From NCBI RefSeq assembly GCF_036507355.1, contig NZ_AP027877.1: a DNA stretch of 64,000 nt. One strand, 5' to 3'. Positions 9,303 through 18,522 of the stretch are shown here, piece by piece. Origin of the DNA: Escherichia coli (GTDB lineage Bacteria; Pseudomonadota; Gammaproteobacteria; Enterobacterales; Enterobacteriaceae). The notes beneath the pieces are model-generated. The model searched no databases, had not been told where the DNA came from, and worked only from the letters and a program-made list of their open reading frames with translations. The position numbers were made by a program, and so were the translations under genes. Each line of letters starts with the position of its first letter. Position 1 is the first letter of the stretch.

Positions 9303-10566
9303 TTCGCTTTACCCAGTGAGCGTTAAAGCTGGAAAACCGATCCTTGGAATGCTACCTACAGGATGGCAAAAGTTATCATTAGAAAAGTGCTTAAATATAG
9401 AGGCAAGAAAGGCATATATACAAGATAATCAAGAGTATGACTTAGTTACAGTAAAGCGCTCCAGAGGTGGCGTAATAAGACGTGAGCATCTTAAAGGAAA
9501 AGATATCTCCGTAAAAAGTCAATTCTATATTAAAGAAGGCGACTTTCTCATATCAAAACGACAAATTGTGCACGGTGCTTGCGGTCTTGTACCTAAAGAA
9601 CTTTCTGGCTCAATTGTATCGAATGAATATTGTGTGCTTACAGGGAAGTCCGGTTTTTATCTTCCTTATATGGAATTTCTATCGGAGTCTCTATATTTCC
9701 AGCAAACCTGCTTCCACTCTAGCATTGGTGTGCACATAGAGAAAATGATTTTTAAGTTAGATAGTTGGTTTAAGTGGCCATTTAATATCCCCCCACTGTC
9801 TGAACAAAAGAGAATCGTTAAAATCCTGTCAACCTGGGATAAGGCGATTTCGGTGACGGAAAAGCTTCTCACCAACAGTCAGCAGCAGAAAAAAGCCCTG
9901 ATGCAGCAATTGCTTACCGGGAAAAAACGCTTGCTGGATGAGAGGGGGGTGAGGTTTAGTGGGGAGTGGAAGAGAGTAAAACTGGGTGCGATAGCCGATA
10001 TGAACAGTGGAGGTACTCCGAAATCAACGGTTGAAGAGTATTATGGCGGGAATATCCCATGGGTATCTATTTCTGATATGACATCTAATGGAAAGTGGAT
10101 TGCTACAACTGAAAAATATCTGACTGAATTAGGATTGAACAGTTCATCCGCAAGAATATATCCAAAAAACTCGGTTCTTTATGCTATGTATGCTTCTATA
10201 GGTGAATGCAGCATTGCTGCTGTAAATTTAACATCTTCGCAGGCAATCTTGGGTATTAGACCAAAAGATTGTTTAAATTATGAGTTTTTATATTTCTATC
10301 TTACATCATTAAAAGAAAAAATAAAACTGCAAGGCCAGCAAGGTACACAGTCCAACCTAAACGCCGGAATGGTTAAAGAGTTTGAACTAGACTTACCCAG
10401 TATAAGAGAACAACAAAAAATCGCCGCCGTCCTGTCCGTCGCCGATGCCGAAATCTCCACGCTGGAGAAAAAACTCGCCTGCCTGAGAGATGAGAAAAAA
10501 GCCCTGATGCAACAGCTACTGACTGGCAAACGTCGTGTTAAGGTCGATGAGGCGGTTGCCGAATGA
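9292..10566 (+). CDS. hsdS: Type I restriction-modification system, specificity subunit S
   Basis: 424 aa; two AT-rich target-recognition domains separated by the repeated conserved segment KKALMQQLLTGKKRL / KKALMQQLLTGKRRV; start overlaps the hsdM stop by 11 nt. Confidence 0.95.
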   Translation: MARDSLYPVSVKAGKPILGMLPTGWQKLSLEKCLNIEARKAYIQDNQEYDLVTVKRSRGGVIRREHLKGKDISVKSQFYIKEGDFLISKRQIVHGACGLVPKELSGSIVSNEYCVLTGKSGFYLPYMEFLSESLYFQQTCFHSSIGVHIEKMIFKLDSWFKWPFNIPPLSEQKRIVKILSTWDKAISVTEKLLTNSQQQKKALMQQLLTGKKRLLDERGVRFSGEWKRVKLGAIADMNSGGTPKSTVEEYYGGNIPWVSISDMTSNGKWIATTEKYLTELGLNSSSARIYPKNSVLYAMYASIGECSIAAVNLTSSQAILGIRPKDCLNYEFLYFYLTSLKEKIKLQGQQGTQSNLNAGMVKEFELDLPSIREQQKIAAVLSVADAEISTLEKKLACLRDEKKALMQQLLTGKRRVKVDEAVAE

Positions 10567-11246
10567 AACTGACGAAAAGCGGTCCACTGACTGACCGGGA
10601 AATCGACTGGCTGGAAGAAATATTAATGAAGTATGGAATGGATGATTCTGTACTCTGTTTCTCTGAGCTGGATGGATTGCTGACGGCGATTTTATCAGGT
10701 CCAAATATGGTTTCACCCAATATCTGGCTGAGTGCTATTTGGGGAGGAGGCGATTATCATCCGAAATGGTCATCTGAGAGAGAGATGGAGCGTTTTGTCA
10801 GTCTGTGTTTTCAGCATATGAACGATATCGCTGGTTGCCTTTATGACGCCCCTGAACTGTTTGAGCCGATTTTCAATGAGCGTGAGGTAAAGGGGGAAAA
10901 ATATACCATTGTGGAAGAGTGGTGTTTTGGTTATATGAAAGGAAAGTCACTGGATGACTGGTCTGGTCTTCCCGGTGAGTTACGGCCTTCTCTGGAAGTG
11001 ATCGCTCTTCATGGCGTGGAGAAGAATTTTCCTGTACTTGAGAAAATGACCAGAGAGCAGTTTGAGAAAAGTATTTCCCTTATTAAGCCTGCTGCACTGG
11101 CACTTTATCAGTACTGGTTGTCAGTGAGAATGTCAGAGGCATCATCCCGGCCTGTTCCAGTGAAGGGGGCAGAAAACATGCCCGGGCGAAATGACCCGTG
11201 TCCGTGTGGCAGCGGTAAAAAATTTAAGAAGTGCTGTCTGCATTGA
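10563..11246 (+). CDS. YecA/UPF0149-family protein with C-terminal SEC-C metal-binding motif, embedded between hsdS and hsdR
   Basis: 227 aa; C-terminal [20 protein letters not shown]; colinear with chromosomal YecA (20141-20806) along its whole length; ATGA overlap with the hsdS stop. Confidence 0.85.
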   Translation: MKLTKSGPLTDREIDWLEEILMKYGMDDSVLCFSELDGLLTAILSGPNMVSPNIWLSAIWGGGDYHPKWSSEREMERFVSLCFQHMNDIAGCLYDAPELFEPIFNEREVKGEKYTIVEEWCFGYMKGKSLDDWSGLPGELRPSLEVIALHGVEKNFPVLEKMTREQFEKSISLIKPAALALYQYWLSVRMSEASSRPVPVKGAENMPGRNDPCPCGSGKKFKKCCLH

Positions 11247-11295
11247 TGAATCTTCATGTGACCAGTAGCGAGTAGCGCCAGAAAGAAAAGGATTA

Positions 11296-14200
11296 ATGAT
11301 GAACCAGACGTACACGCCTAAATTCCAGGAAGAATACAGCGCCAAAATTCCGGCACTGACGTTACTGACCAGCCTCGGCTGGACGTTTTTATCTCCGAAA
11401 CAGATTATGGATTACCGGGGCTATAAACAGGATGAGGTGGTGCTGCGTCCGGTTCTGCGTGAAGAGCTGTCGAAGCGTTCCTTTATGGCGGGTGGCAAAA
11501 CCTGCCAGTTATCGGAAAAAGCACTGGATAACCTGATATCACAGGTCTGTTCTCCGGCGCTGAATGAAGGGCTGCTCAAAGCCAATGAACGGATGTATAA
11601 CCATCTGCTCTACGGTATCGCCGTCACGGAGTTTGTCGATGGCAAGAAGGTGAACCCCACCATTGCGCTGATCGACTGGGAACATCCGGAAAGTAACCAG
11701 TTCCATTTTACCGAAGAATTTACGGTATTGCGGTCAGGCGGTGTCGAAACCCGCAGGCCGGATATTGTGTGTTTTGTGAATGGTATCCCGCTGGCCGTCA
11801 TTGAAGCGAAAAGCCCGGCGGGTCACGGCAAGAAAGGGCCAACCATTGACGAAGGGATATCCCAGAGTATCCGCAATCAGCTCAACGACGAAATCCCGCA
11901 GCTGTTTGCTTACAGCCAGATATTACTGTCGATTAACGGGCATGACGGGCGCTACGGTACCTGTCATACACCAATGAAATTCTGGGCGGCATGGCGCGAA
12001 GAAGATATTACTTACGCGCAGATGTATGCGCTGCGCAACCATAAGTTATCGACTGAACAAATTCATGCGTTGTTTGATGATCGTCCTTCAGTCGATCTCA
12101 AATGGTATCAACAGTTAATCGATGGGGGGGAACTGGCAGTCAGCGGGCAGGATAAGCTGCTCATCAGTCTGCTTTCACCGGAACGTCTGCTGGAGATGAC
12201 CCGCTTCTTCACCCTGTTTGATAAAAAAACCGGAAAAATTGTTGCCCGCTATCAGCAGGTGTTCGGTATTAAAAGACTGCTGGAACGCATCAGTACCCGC
12301 AGACCAGACGGGGGCAGGGAAGGTGGGGTGATCTGGCATACCACGGGGTCAGGTAAATCTTACACCATGGTATTCCTCAGCAAGGCGCTGATTCTTCATG
12401 ACAGCCTGAAGCAGTGTCGTATTGTGGTGGTGACGGACCGCGTGGACCTTGAAGGGCAGCTCAGCGGCACTTTTGTCTCTGGTGGCGAACTGGCAGGGAA
12501 GGATGATAAGGCCAAAGCGATGGCAACCTCAGGTCAGAAGCTGGCACAGCAGATTGGCTCTGGTAAAGAACGTATAATCTTTACCCTTATCCAGAAATTT
12601 AACTCAGCGACAAAATTGCCTGAATGCGTCAACACCAGCCCCGACATCATCGTTCTGATTGATGAAGGACACCGTAGCCAGGGTGGTGAGAACCATGTGC
12701 GAATGAAACTGGCACTGCCGAACGCCGCCTTTGTGGCATTTACTGGTACGCCATTGCTAAAAGAAGATAAGACCACCAATAAATTCGGGCCGATTGTCCA
12801 CGCTTATACCATGCAGCGAGCGGTAGAAGATAAAGCCGTTACACCTTTGCTGTATGAAGAACGTATTCCCGACCTTGAGGTTAACGATCGGGCAATAGAT
12901 GCCTGGTTTGATCGTATTACCGATGGGTTAAGCGAAGCGCAAAAAGCCGACCTTAAGCGTAAATATGCCCGTAAAGGTGAGGTTTATAGTGCAGATGATC
13001 GCATCCGTCTGATCGCACTCGATATCGCCACGCACTTCTCGAAGAATATTGATGAGGGGCTGAAAGGCCAGCTTGCCTGCGACAGCAAGATTTCCGCCAT
13101 CAAATATAAAAAGTATCTTGATGAAGCCGGGTTGTTTGAGTCAGCAGTAGTTATCAGCCCGCCGGATACCCGGGAAGGGAATACCGAAGTGGATGAAAGC
13201 AAACTGCCGGAAGTGACGAAATGGTGGAAGGATAATGTCGGCACGCAGGATGAGTCTGTGTATACCCGTAATATCATCAGTCGTTTCGATACCGATGAGA
13301 AGCTCAAATTGCTGATAGTCGTTGATAAACTGCTCACCGGGTTTGATGAGCCGAAGAATACCGTGCTGTATATCGACAAGCCGCTTAAGTCCCACAACCT
13401 TATCCAGGCGATTGCGCGGGTGAACCGACTGCATCCACTAAAAAAGTTCGGTCTGCTGATTGATTATCGCGGTATTCTGGCTGAGCTGGACACGACTATC
13501 GGCAAATATCAGGACCTCGCCTCCCGAACTCAGGGCGGATACGATATCAAAGATATTGACGGGCTGTACAGCGCCATGAGCTCTGAATACAAGCGCCTGC
13601 CGCATCTGTATAACCAGCTGTGGGCCATATTTGCCGGTGTTAAAAACAAAAATGATACTGAGCAGTTACGTGCGGTACTGGTGCCTAAAATGGAAGAACG
13701 TGACGGAGAGATGGTCGATATCCATCAGAAAACCCGTGATGATTTCTTCGAGGCGTTAACGGCCTTTGCCGGATGCCTGAAAGTGGCACTGCAGTCCGCT
13801 ACCTTCTTCACCGACAAGAGCTTTACGGAACAAGACCGAAATCTCTATAAAGAAACCGTAAAACAGATGTCCAGCCTGCGCCAGTGGGCGATGCAGGTAA
13901 GTGGAGAGCAGGTCAATTATGACGACTACGCTGAGCAGGTGAAAAAACTGCTGGATAAGCATGTCACCGGCGTTGAGGTTCGTGAACCGGATGGCGTGTA
14001 TGAAGTCGGTAAAATGGGCAAGAGCGAAAAGCCCGAAGAGTGGGACAACAATAAAACCCGCAATGAAACCGACATCATTAAAACCCGCGTGACGAAGATG
14101 ATTGAGCAGGAATTGCGTGATGACCCGTATGCTCAGGAGGCATTTTCAAAACTCCTGCGTATGGCTATCGAAGAGGCTGAAAAACTGTTTGACCATCCGC

Positions 14201-14583
14201 TGAAACAGTACCTTTTGTTCCGTGAATTTGAAGAACAGGTTGAAGCCCGTAAGCTCAGCGATATCCCGGATGCACTGGCGGTAAACAAGCATGCTCAGGC
14301 GTATTACGGTGTATTTAAAAAAGAGCTACCTGAGGTTTTTGCGGTAAACGACGTTCAGGTGCAGGATAAGTGGACCAAGCTGGCTTTTGAAGTGGACAAC
14401 ATTATCGTCAAAGCGGTGGCAGAAAACTCCCTGAACCCCCAGGACATTGAGAAAGTCGTTAAGACAAGTCTGCTACCACTGCTGTTTACGGCCTGCCGGG
14501 AAATTGGTGCCGGAATGAATCAGGTTAACCGTATTGTGGAAACCATCATCCAGATACTGCGCGTTGGTTTGATGAAATCATGA
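11296..14583 (+). CDS. hsdR: Type I restriction enzyme, restriction (helicase-nuclease) subunit R
   Basis: 1095 aa; Walker A TGSGKSYTM and DEAH-box LIDEGHRSQ; typical HsdR N-terminus. Confidence 0.95.
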   Translation: MMNQTYTPKFQEEYSAKIPALTLLTSLGWTFLSPKQIMDYRGYKQDEVVLRPVLREELSKRSFMAGGKTCQLSEKALDNLISQVCSPALNEGLLKANERMYNHLLYGIAVTEFVDGKKVNPTIALIDWEHPESNQFHFTEEFTVLRSGGVETRRPDIVCFVNGIPLAVIEAKSPAGHGKKGPTIDEGISQSIRNQLNDEIPQLFAYSQILLSINGHDGRYGTCHTPMKFWAAWREEDITYAQMYALRNHKLSTEQIHALFDDRPSVDLKWYQQLIDGGELAVSGQDKLLISLLSPERLLEMTRFFTLFDKKTGKIVARYQQVFGIKRLLERISTRRPDGGREGGVIWHTTGSGKSYTMVFLSKALILHDSLKQCRIVVVTDRVDLEGQLSGTFVSGGELAGKDDKAKAMATSGQKLAQQIGSGKERIIFTLIQKFNSATKLPECVNTSPDIIVLIDEGHRSQGGENHVRMKLALPNAAFVAFTGTPLLKEDKTTNKFGPIVHAYTMQRAVEDKAVTPLLYEERIPDLEVNDRAIDAWFDRITDGLSEAQKADLKRKYARKGEVYSADDRIRLIALDIATHFSKNIDEGLKGQLACDSKISAIKYKKYLDEAGLFESAVVISPPDTREGNTEVDESKLPEVTKWWKDNVGTQDESVYTRNIISRFDTDEKLKLLIVVDKLLTGFDEPKNTVLYIDKPLKSHNLIQAIARVNRLHPLKKFGLLIDYRGILAELDTTIGKYQDLASRTQGGYDIKDIDGLYSAMSSEYKRLPHLYNQLWAIFAGVKNKNDTEQLRAVLVPKMEERDGEMVDIHQKTRDDFFEALTAFAGCLKVALQSATFFTDKSFTEQDRNLYKETVKQMSSLRQWAMQVSGEQVNYDDYAEQVKKLLDKHVTGVEVREPDGVYEVGKMGKSEKPEEWDNNKTRNETDIIKTRVTKMIEQELRDDPYAQEAFSKLLRMAIEEAEKLFDHPLKQYLLFREFEEQVEARKLSDIPDALAVNKHAQAYYGVFKKELPEVFAVNDVQVQDKWTKLAFEVDNIIVKAVAENSLNPQDIEKVVKTSLLPLLFTACREIGAGMNQVNRIVETIIQILRVGLMKS

Positions 14584-15335
14584 GTGAAAAAGAATCGCCA
14601 TCAATGAAAGCGTTACGCATTGTCTATGGTGATGATGTCATCACCGTACAGTGTGTTCCGCGTCAGGTCGTAAAGGGCAGGGTGCTCATCAAGGTTTATC
14701 CGGACTGCCGGGTTGTGGCCTCTGTACCGCCTGAAACACCGGAGCACGAGGTATTGTCTGCGCTGAAAAAAAGAGGGCGCTGGATATACCAGCAACTGCG
14801 TGATTTCAGGGAGCAACAGACACACATTGTTCCGCGTCAGTATGTCAGCGGAGAAAGCCATTATTATCTCGGTAAGCAATATCAGTTGAAAGTGACAGAA
14901 GACGCTACTGTGCCGCAACGAGTGAAAATGTTGCGTGGGCGTCTGGAAGTGACTGTCAGACACAAATCGGCAGAAAAGATTAAAGCCTTGCTGGCTGAAT
15001 GGTATCGGGAACGTGCCAGAGATGTTTTTCAGCGCAGGCTTGATTTACTGATTCCGCAGACCCTTTGGGTCAGTGAGCGTCCTCCGATACGTCTGCGGGC
15101 GATGCAAACGCAATGGGGCAACTGTTCAGCAAAAGGCTGTCTGACCCTGAATCCATGGCTGGTTAAGGCATCCTCAGAATGTATCGATTATGTTTTGCTA
15201 CATGAGTTATGCCATGTGGCTGAGCACAACCACAGCGAGGAGTTTTACCGTCTGATGGGGCAGGTTATGCCTGGGTGGGAAAAGGTCAAGAAACGACTGG
15301 ATGGGATGGCTGGGATGTTGTTGGCTGATATGTAA
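14580..15335 (+). CDS. DUF45 / YgjP-like (M48-type) zinc metallopeptidase, translationally coupled to hsdR
   Basis: 251 aa; HEXXH motif HELCHVAEHNH near the C-terminus; ATGA overlap with the hsdR stop. Confidence 0.8.
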   Translation: MSEKESPSMKALRIVYGDDVITVQCVPRQVVKGRVLIKVYPDCRVVASVPPETPEHEVLSALKKRGRWIYQQLRDFREQQTHIVPRQYVSGESHYYLGKQYQLKVTEDATVPQRVKMLRGRLEVTVRHKSAEKIKALLAEWYRERARDVFQRRLDLLIPQTLWVSERPPIRLRAMQTQWGNCSAKGCLTLNPWLVKASSECIDYVLLHELCHVAEHNHSEEFYRLMGQVMPGWEKVKKRLDGMAGMLLADM

Positions 15336-15393
15336 CTTATCAATATGAGTTCTTAAGGGTTTGGTCAGTCTCGTTAATGTAGGGAGTATAATA

Positions 15394-17232
15394 ATGAGTA
15401 AGTTAGATAATAAAATTGAAGCACGCCATCGTAATTTGTTTGATGTTCTAAATGCGCAAAAATATACCGTTGATTACTTTCAGCGCGAGTATAGCTGGGG
15501 TGAGAAACATATTGAAGAGTTGGTTACAGACTTAACATCTGCGTTTCTCAATGAATACACCGTCGGTGATTCTCGGGAGCAGGGTGAAAACTACAATAAT
15601 TATTACTTAGGACCATTTGTTGTGAGTAGTAAAGATGGGAAACGGAGTATTATTGATGGTCAGCAACGACTGACTTCATTAACTTTATTTCTAATTTACC
15701 TCCATAACCTTCAGAAAGAACTTAAATATGAAGAGAAAATAGAATCAATGATTTTCTCCGAGTTACGTGGCAGCAAATCATTCAATATAGTAGTTGAAGA
15801 CAGAATACCTTGCATGGAAGCATTGTTTAATTTTGGTAGCTATAGTTTAGTTGATGGGGATGATGAGTCAACCCATAACATGGTGGAGAGATATCAGAAT
15901 ATCACAGATGCTTTTCCTGATGAATTAAAAGGTCAGGCTTTTCCTTTTTTTATCGACTGGCTTAAGTATAACGTTATTATGGTTGAGATAGTTGCCTATT
16001 CAGATGAAAACGCATATACCATCTTTGAGACTATGAATGACCGAGGATTAAATCTTACTCCGTCCGAAATGCTTAAAGGTTTTTTACTTTCACGCTTTCA
16101 TCAGGGAGATAAACGCCAAAAGGTAAATGAACTCTGGAAAAAAGCGATGATGGATTTAAAAAACTATGATAAAGATGAAGACCAACGTTTTTTCCAGTCA
16201 TGGTTGCGTGCTCAATATGCTGATACAATACGCCCGGGTAAAGCTGGTTCAAAAAATGAAGACTTTGAAAAAATAGGTACGCGTTTTCATAGCTGGGTTA
16301 GAGATAATCTTCAGGCGGTGGGATTGGACCCAGATAATGGTGAGACATTCGAACGATTTATACAAAAAAACTTTTTGTTTTATTTGAATGCCTATACACA
16401 AATACTGAATGCTGAGAGAGCATTAACGCACCAACTGGAATATGTATTTTATATCCACCATTGGGGTATTGCACCTACTTTAAGTTTCCCTTTGATGTTG
16501 GCTCCATTAAATGTAGGTGACAGTCCTGATGCTGTGATAGCCAAAATAAACCTGGTGGCGCGCTATATTGAAACATTTGTTGTTCGTCGTTCTGTTAATT
16601 TCCGAAAATTCTCTGCCAGTTCTATTCGTTACACAATGTACAGTCTTGTTAAAGAAATTCGTGGTAAAAGTATTGAAGAATTAAAAGATTTGTTATCTAA
16701 GAAGTTATCCGAAATGCCAGATACTTTTGCAGGAATGGAAGAGTTTCGTCTCCATGGTCAAAACTATCGTTTTGTGAAGTTTTTGCTTTCTCGTATAACT
16801 GCGTGGGTTGAGCAGCAAGCCGGAATGAGTACAACCTTCATTACATATTATCAGCCAGAACACGGTAAGCCATTTGAAGTCGAGCATATTTGGGCCGATA
16901 AATATGAACGTTACTCTGATGAGTTTGAACAAGAGCACGAATTTAACAATTACAGAAATCGCTTAGGTGATTTGGTTTTATTACCTAGAGGCTCAAACCA
17001 GTCATATGGTGATTTGTGTTACGATCAAAAGCAACCTCATTACATCAAAGAGAATCTCCTGGCTAAATCGTTATGCCCATTGGCATATATGAATAACCCT
17101 AATTTCAATCAGTTGAGAAATGTATTCGGATTGCCTTTCAAACCACATGATTCATTTAAAAAACAAGATGTCGATGAACGACAGTCTTTGTATAAAATAA
17201 TTTGTGAGAATATTTGGGACCATAATTTATAG
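15394..17232 (+). CDS. DUF262 (ParB-like, DGQQR) / DUF1524 (His-Me finger) protein, GmrSD-like type IV restriction candidate
   Basis: Motif IIDGQQRLTSL in the N-terminal half; C-terminal EVEHIWADKY...NRLGDLVLLPRGSNQS. I place the start at ATG 15394 with SD agggag 7 nt upstream; the track uses TTG at 15361. Confidence 0.75.
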   Translation: MSKLDNKIEARHRNLFDVLNAQKYTVDYFQREYSWGEKHIEELVTDLTSAFLNEYTVGDSREQGENYNNYYLGPFVVSSKDGKRSIIDGQQRLTSLTLFLIYLHNLQKELKYEEKIESMIFSELRGSKSFNIVVEDRIPCMEALFNFGSYSLVDGDDESTHNMVERYQNITDAFPDELKGQAFPFFIDWLKYNVIMVEIVAYSDENAYTIFETMNDRGLNLTPSEMLKGFLLSRFHQGDKRQKVNELWKKAMMDLKNYDKDEDQRFFQSWLRAQYADTIRPGKAGSKNEDFEKIGTRFHSWVRDNLQAVGLDPDNGETFERFIQKNFLFYLNAYTQILNAERALTHQLEYVFYIHHWGIAPTLSFPLMLAPLNVGDSPDAVIAKINLVARYIETFVVRRSVNFRKFSASSIRYTMYSLVKEIRGKSIEELKDLLSKKLSEMPDTFAGMEEFRLHGQNYRFVKFLLSRITAWVEQQAGMSTTFITYYQPEHGKPFEVEHIWADKYERYSDEFEQEHEFNNYRNRLGDLVLLPRGSNQSYGDLCYDQKQPHYIKENLLAKSLCPLAYMNNPNFNQLRNVFGLPFKPHDSFKKQDVDERQSLYKIICENIWDHNL

Positions 17233-17290
17233 CAAAGTTAGGGTGTTAATTAATCTGTAATGGCATCATGATTTTTAAAAGGAGGTTGAA

Positions 17291-18418
17291 TTGCGTTCTG
17301 AAACGTTTTTTGTCAAATTTATTGAACAACTGAAAGGTATTTCGGTTGAGGATGATGTTGAATTCAATTTTTTTGAATTGGGTGGTTCCGGATATCTCGA
17401 AAATCCAACTACGGATTTGATGGCTTTGTTTATGGGAGCCCAGAAAATGGTGCCGCCATGGTTGCTCAAAGCATTGCTATGTTGCCTGGATGATTCCCTC
17501 GATGTTGATGAAATTGATTTCACTTCTCTGGAGCTAATGAGAGAGGCCCGAACAGAAGATGGGAAATATATTGATATTCTTATCAGACATGATGAATTCA
17601 TTATAGGTATTGAGCATAAAGTTCTGGCTGATACATATAATCCTTTTCCCAGCTATGTAAGTCTCATTGATAGTTACGGCGGCAACAATCAAAAACTATT
17701 TCGCTGTATATTAAAGCCTGACGGTAACAGCGCTAAAGGCGTAGACGGTTGGCAACTGATCAATTATTCACTGCTGCTGGAAACCGCCATTCGACGTCTG
17801 GGGTTGGAGATGATGAATCAAGAGTTCAGCAAGTGGACTGTTTTTTATCAGGAGTTTTTAAGTCATCTTAAAAAATTGAGTGAGGTTAGTATGGATAAGG
17901 TATCTGATAAAAATGTGGAGTTTGTCACTGAAAATTTCTCAGCTTTGATAAAATCGGTTCAACTGCTGGAAATGTACCAAAATGCTATCACCGAGGAAGC
18001 TAAATCGGTTGTCTCAGAGGTATTGCCTGATATTCATATTGCAACAGGTATTAATAACTGGAAGGGTTACTATAAAGCAATTCATCTGATGCCGGGATGC
18101 TGGGGGCAAGGTAAAACAGGAATTACGTTAGTTTATCGCCCTTCAGAGGATGGACGAGATGAAGCTGAGTTCTACGTATATGGATGGATACATTCAGATG
18201 ATTACCCTGAAGTTAATGCACTAAAAGAAGAAATAAGAGTTGCTTTAAGTGCTGGAGATTTCATTCCAACAGCTAGCCCTGAGGACTATGAAGTATCAAT
18301 TACTGGGAAGGGGAAAGTGCTTGAACTGAGTTTTTGGGGGAATACGAGAAGCAAAAAAGATGCACTGGTTCTTCTTAAGGATATGACTAAGTGGATGGAC
18401 TCAAAAATAAGAACATAA
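17291..18418 (+). CDS. Hypothetical protein, 375 aa, with PD-(D/E)XK-like motif
   Basis: TTG start preceded by strong SD aaaaggagg; YIDILIRHDEFIIGIEHKV resembles a D...E-x-K nuclease core; remainder has no recognisable domain. Confidence 0.5.
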   Translation: MRSETFFVKFIEQLKGISVEDDVEFNFFELGGSGYLENPTTDLMALFMGAQKMVPPWLLKALLCCLDDSLDVDEIDFTSLELMREARTEDGKYIDILIRHDEFIIGIEHKVLADTYNPFPSYVSLIDSYGGNNQKLFRCILKPDGNSAKGVDGWQLINYSLLLETAIRRLGLEMMNQEFSKWTVFYQEFLSHLKKLSEVSMDKVSDKNVEFVTENFSALIKSVQLLEMYQNAITEEAKSVVSEVLPDIHIATGINNWKGYYKAIHLMPGCWGQGKTGITLVYRPSEDGRDEAEFYVYGWIHSDDYPEVNALKEEIRVALSAGDFIPTASPEDYEVSITGKGKVLELSFWGNTRSKKDALVLLKDMTKWMDSKIRT

Positions 18419-18522
18419 AGTAATATGACTGAGTGATGACGATCTTTTTTAAATTGTGGATTATTAGGCTGGTAATTGAAGCGCCGAATAGACAGATATT
18501 GGAATAAAAGGAGAATATTCAA

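Noticed and set aside
15361-15393. TTG start at 15361 for the DUF262/DUF1524 gene, as implied by the ORF track
   Set aside because: An in-frame ATG at 15394 with SD agggag 7 nt upstream is a much better initiation site; the extra 11 codons are probably not translated.
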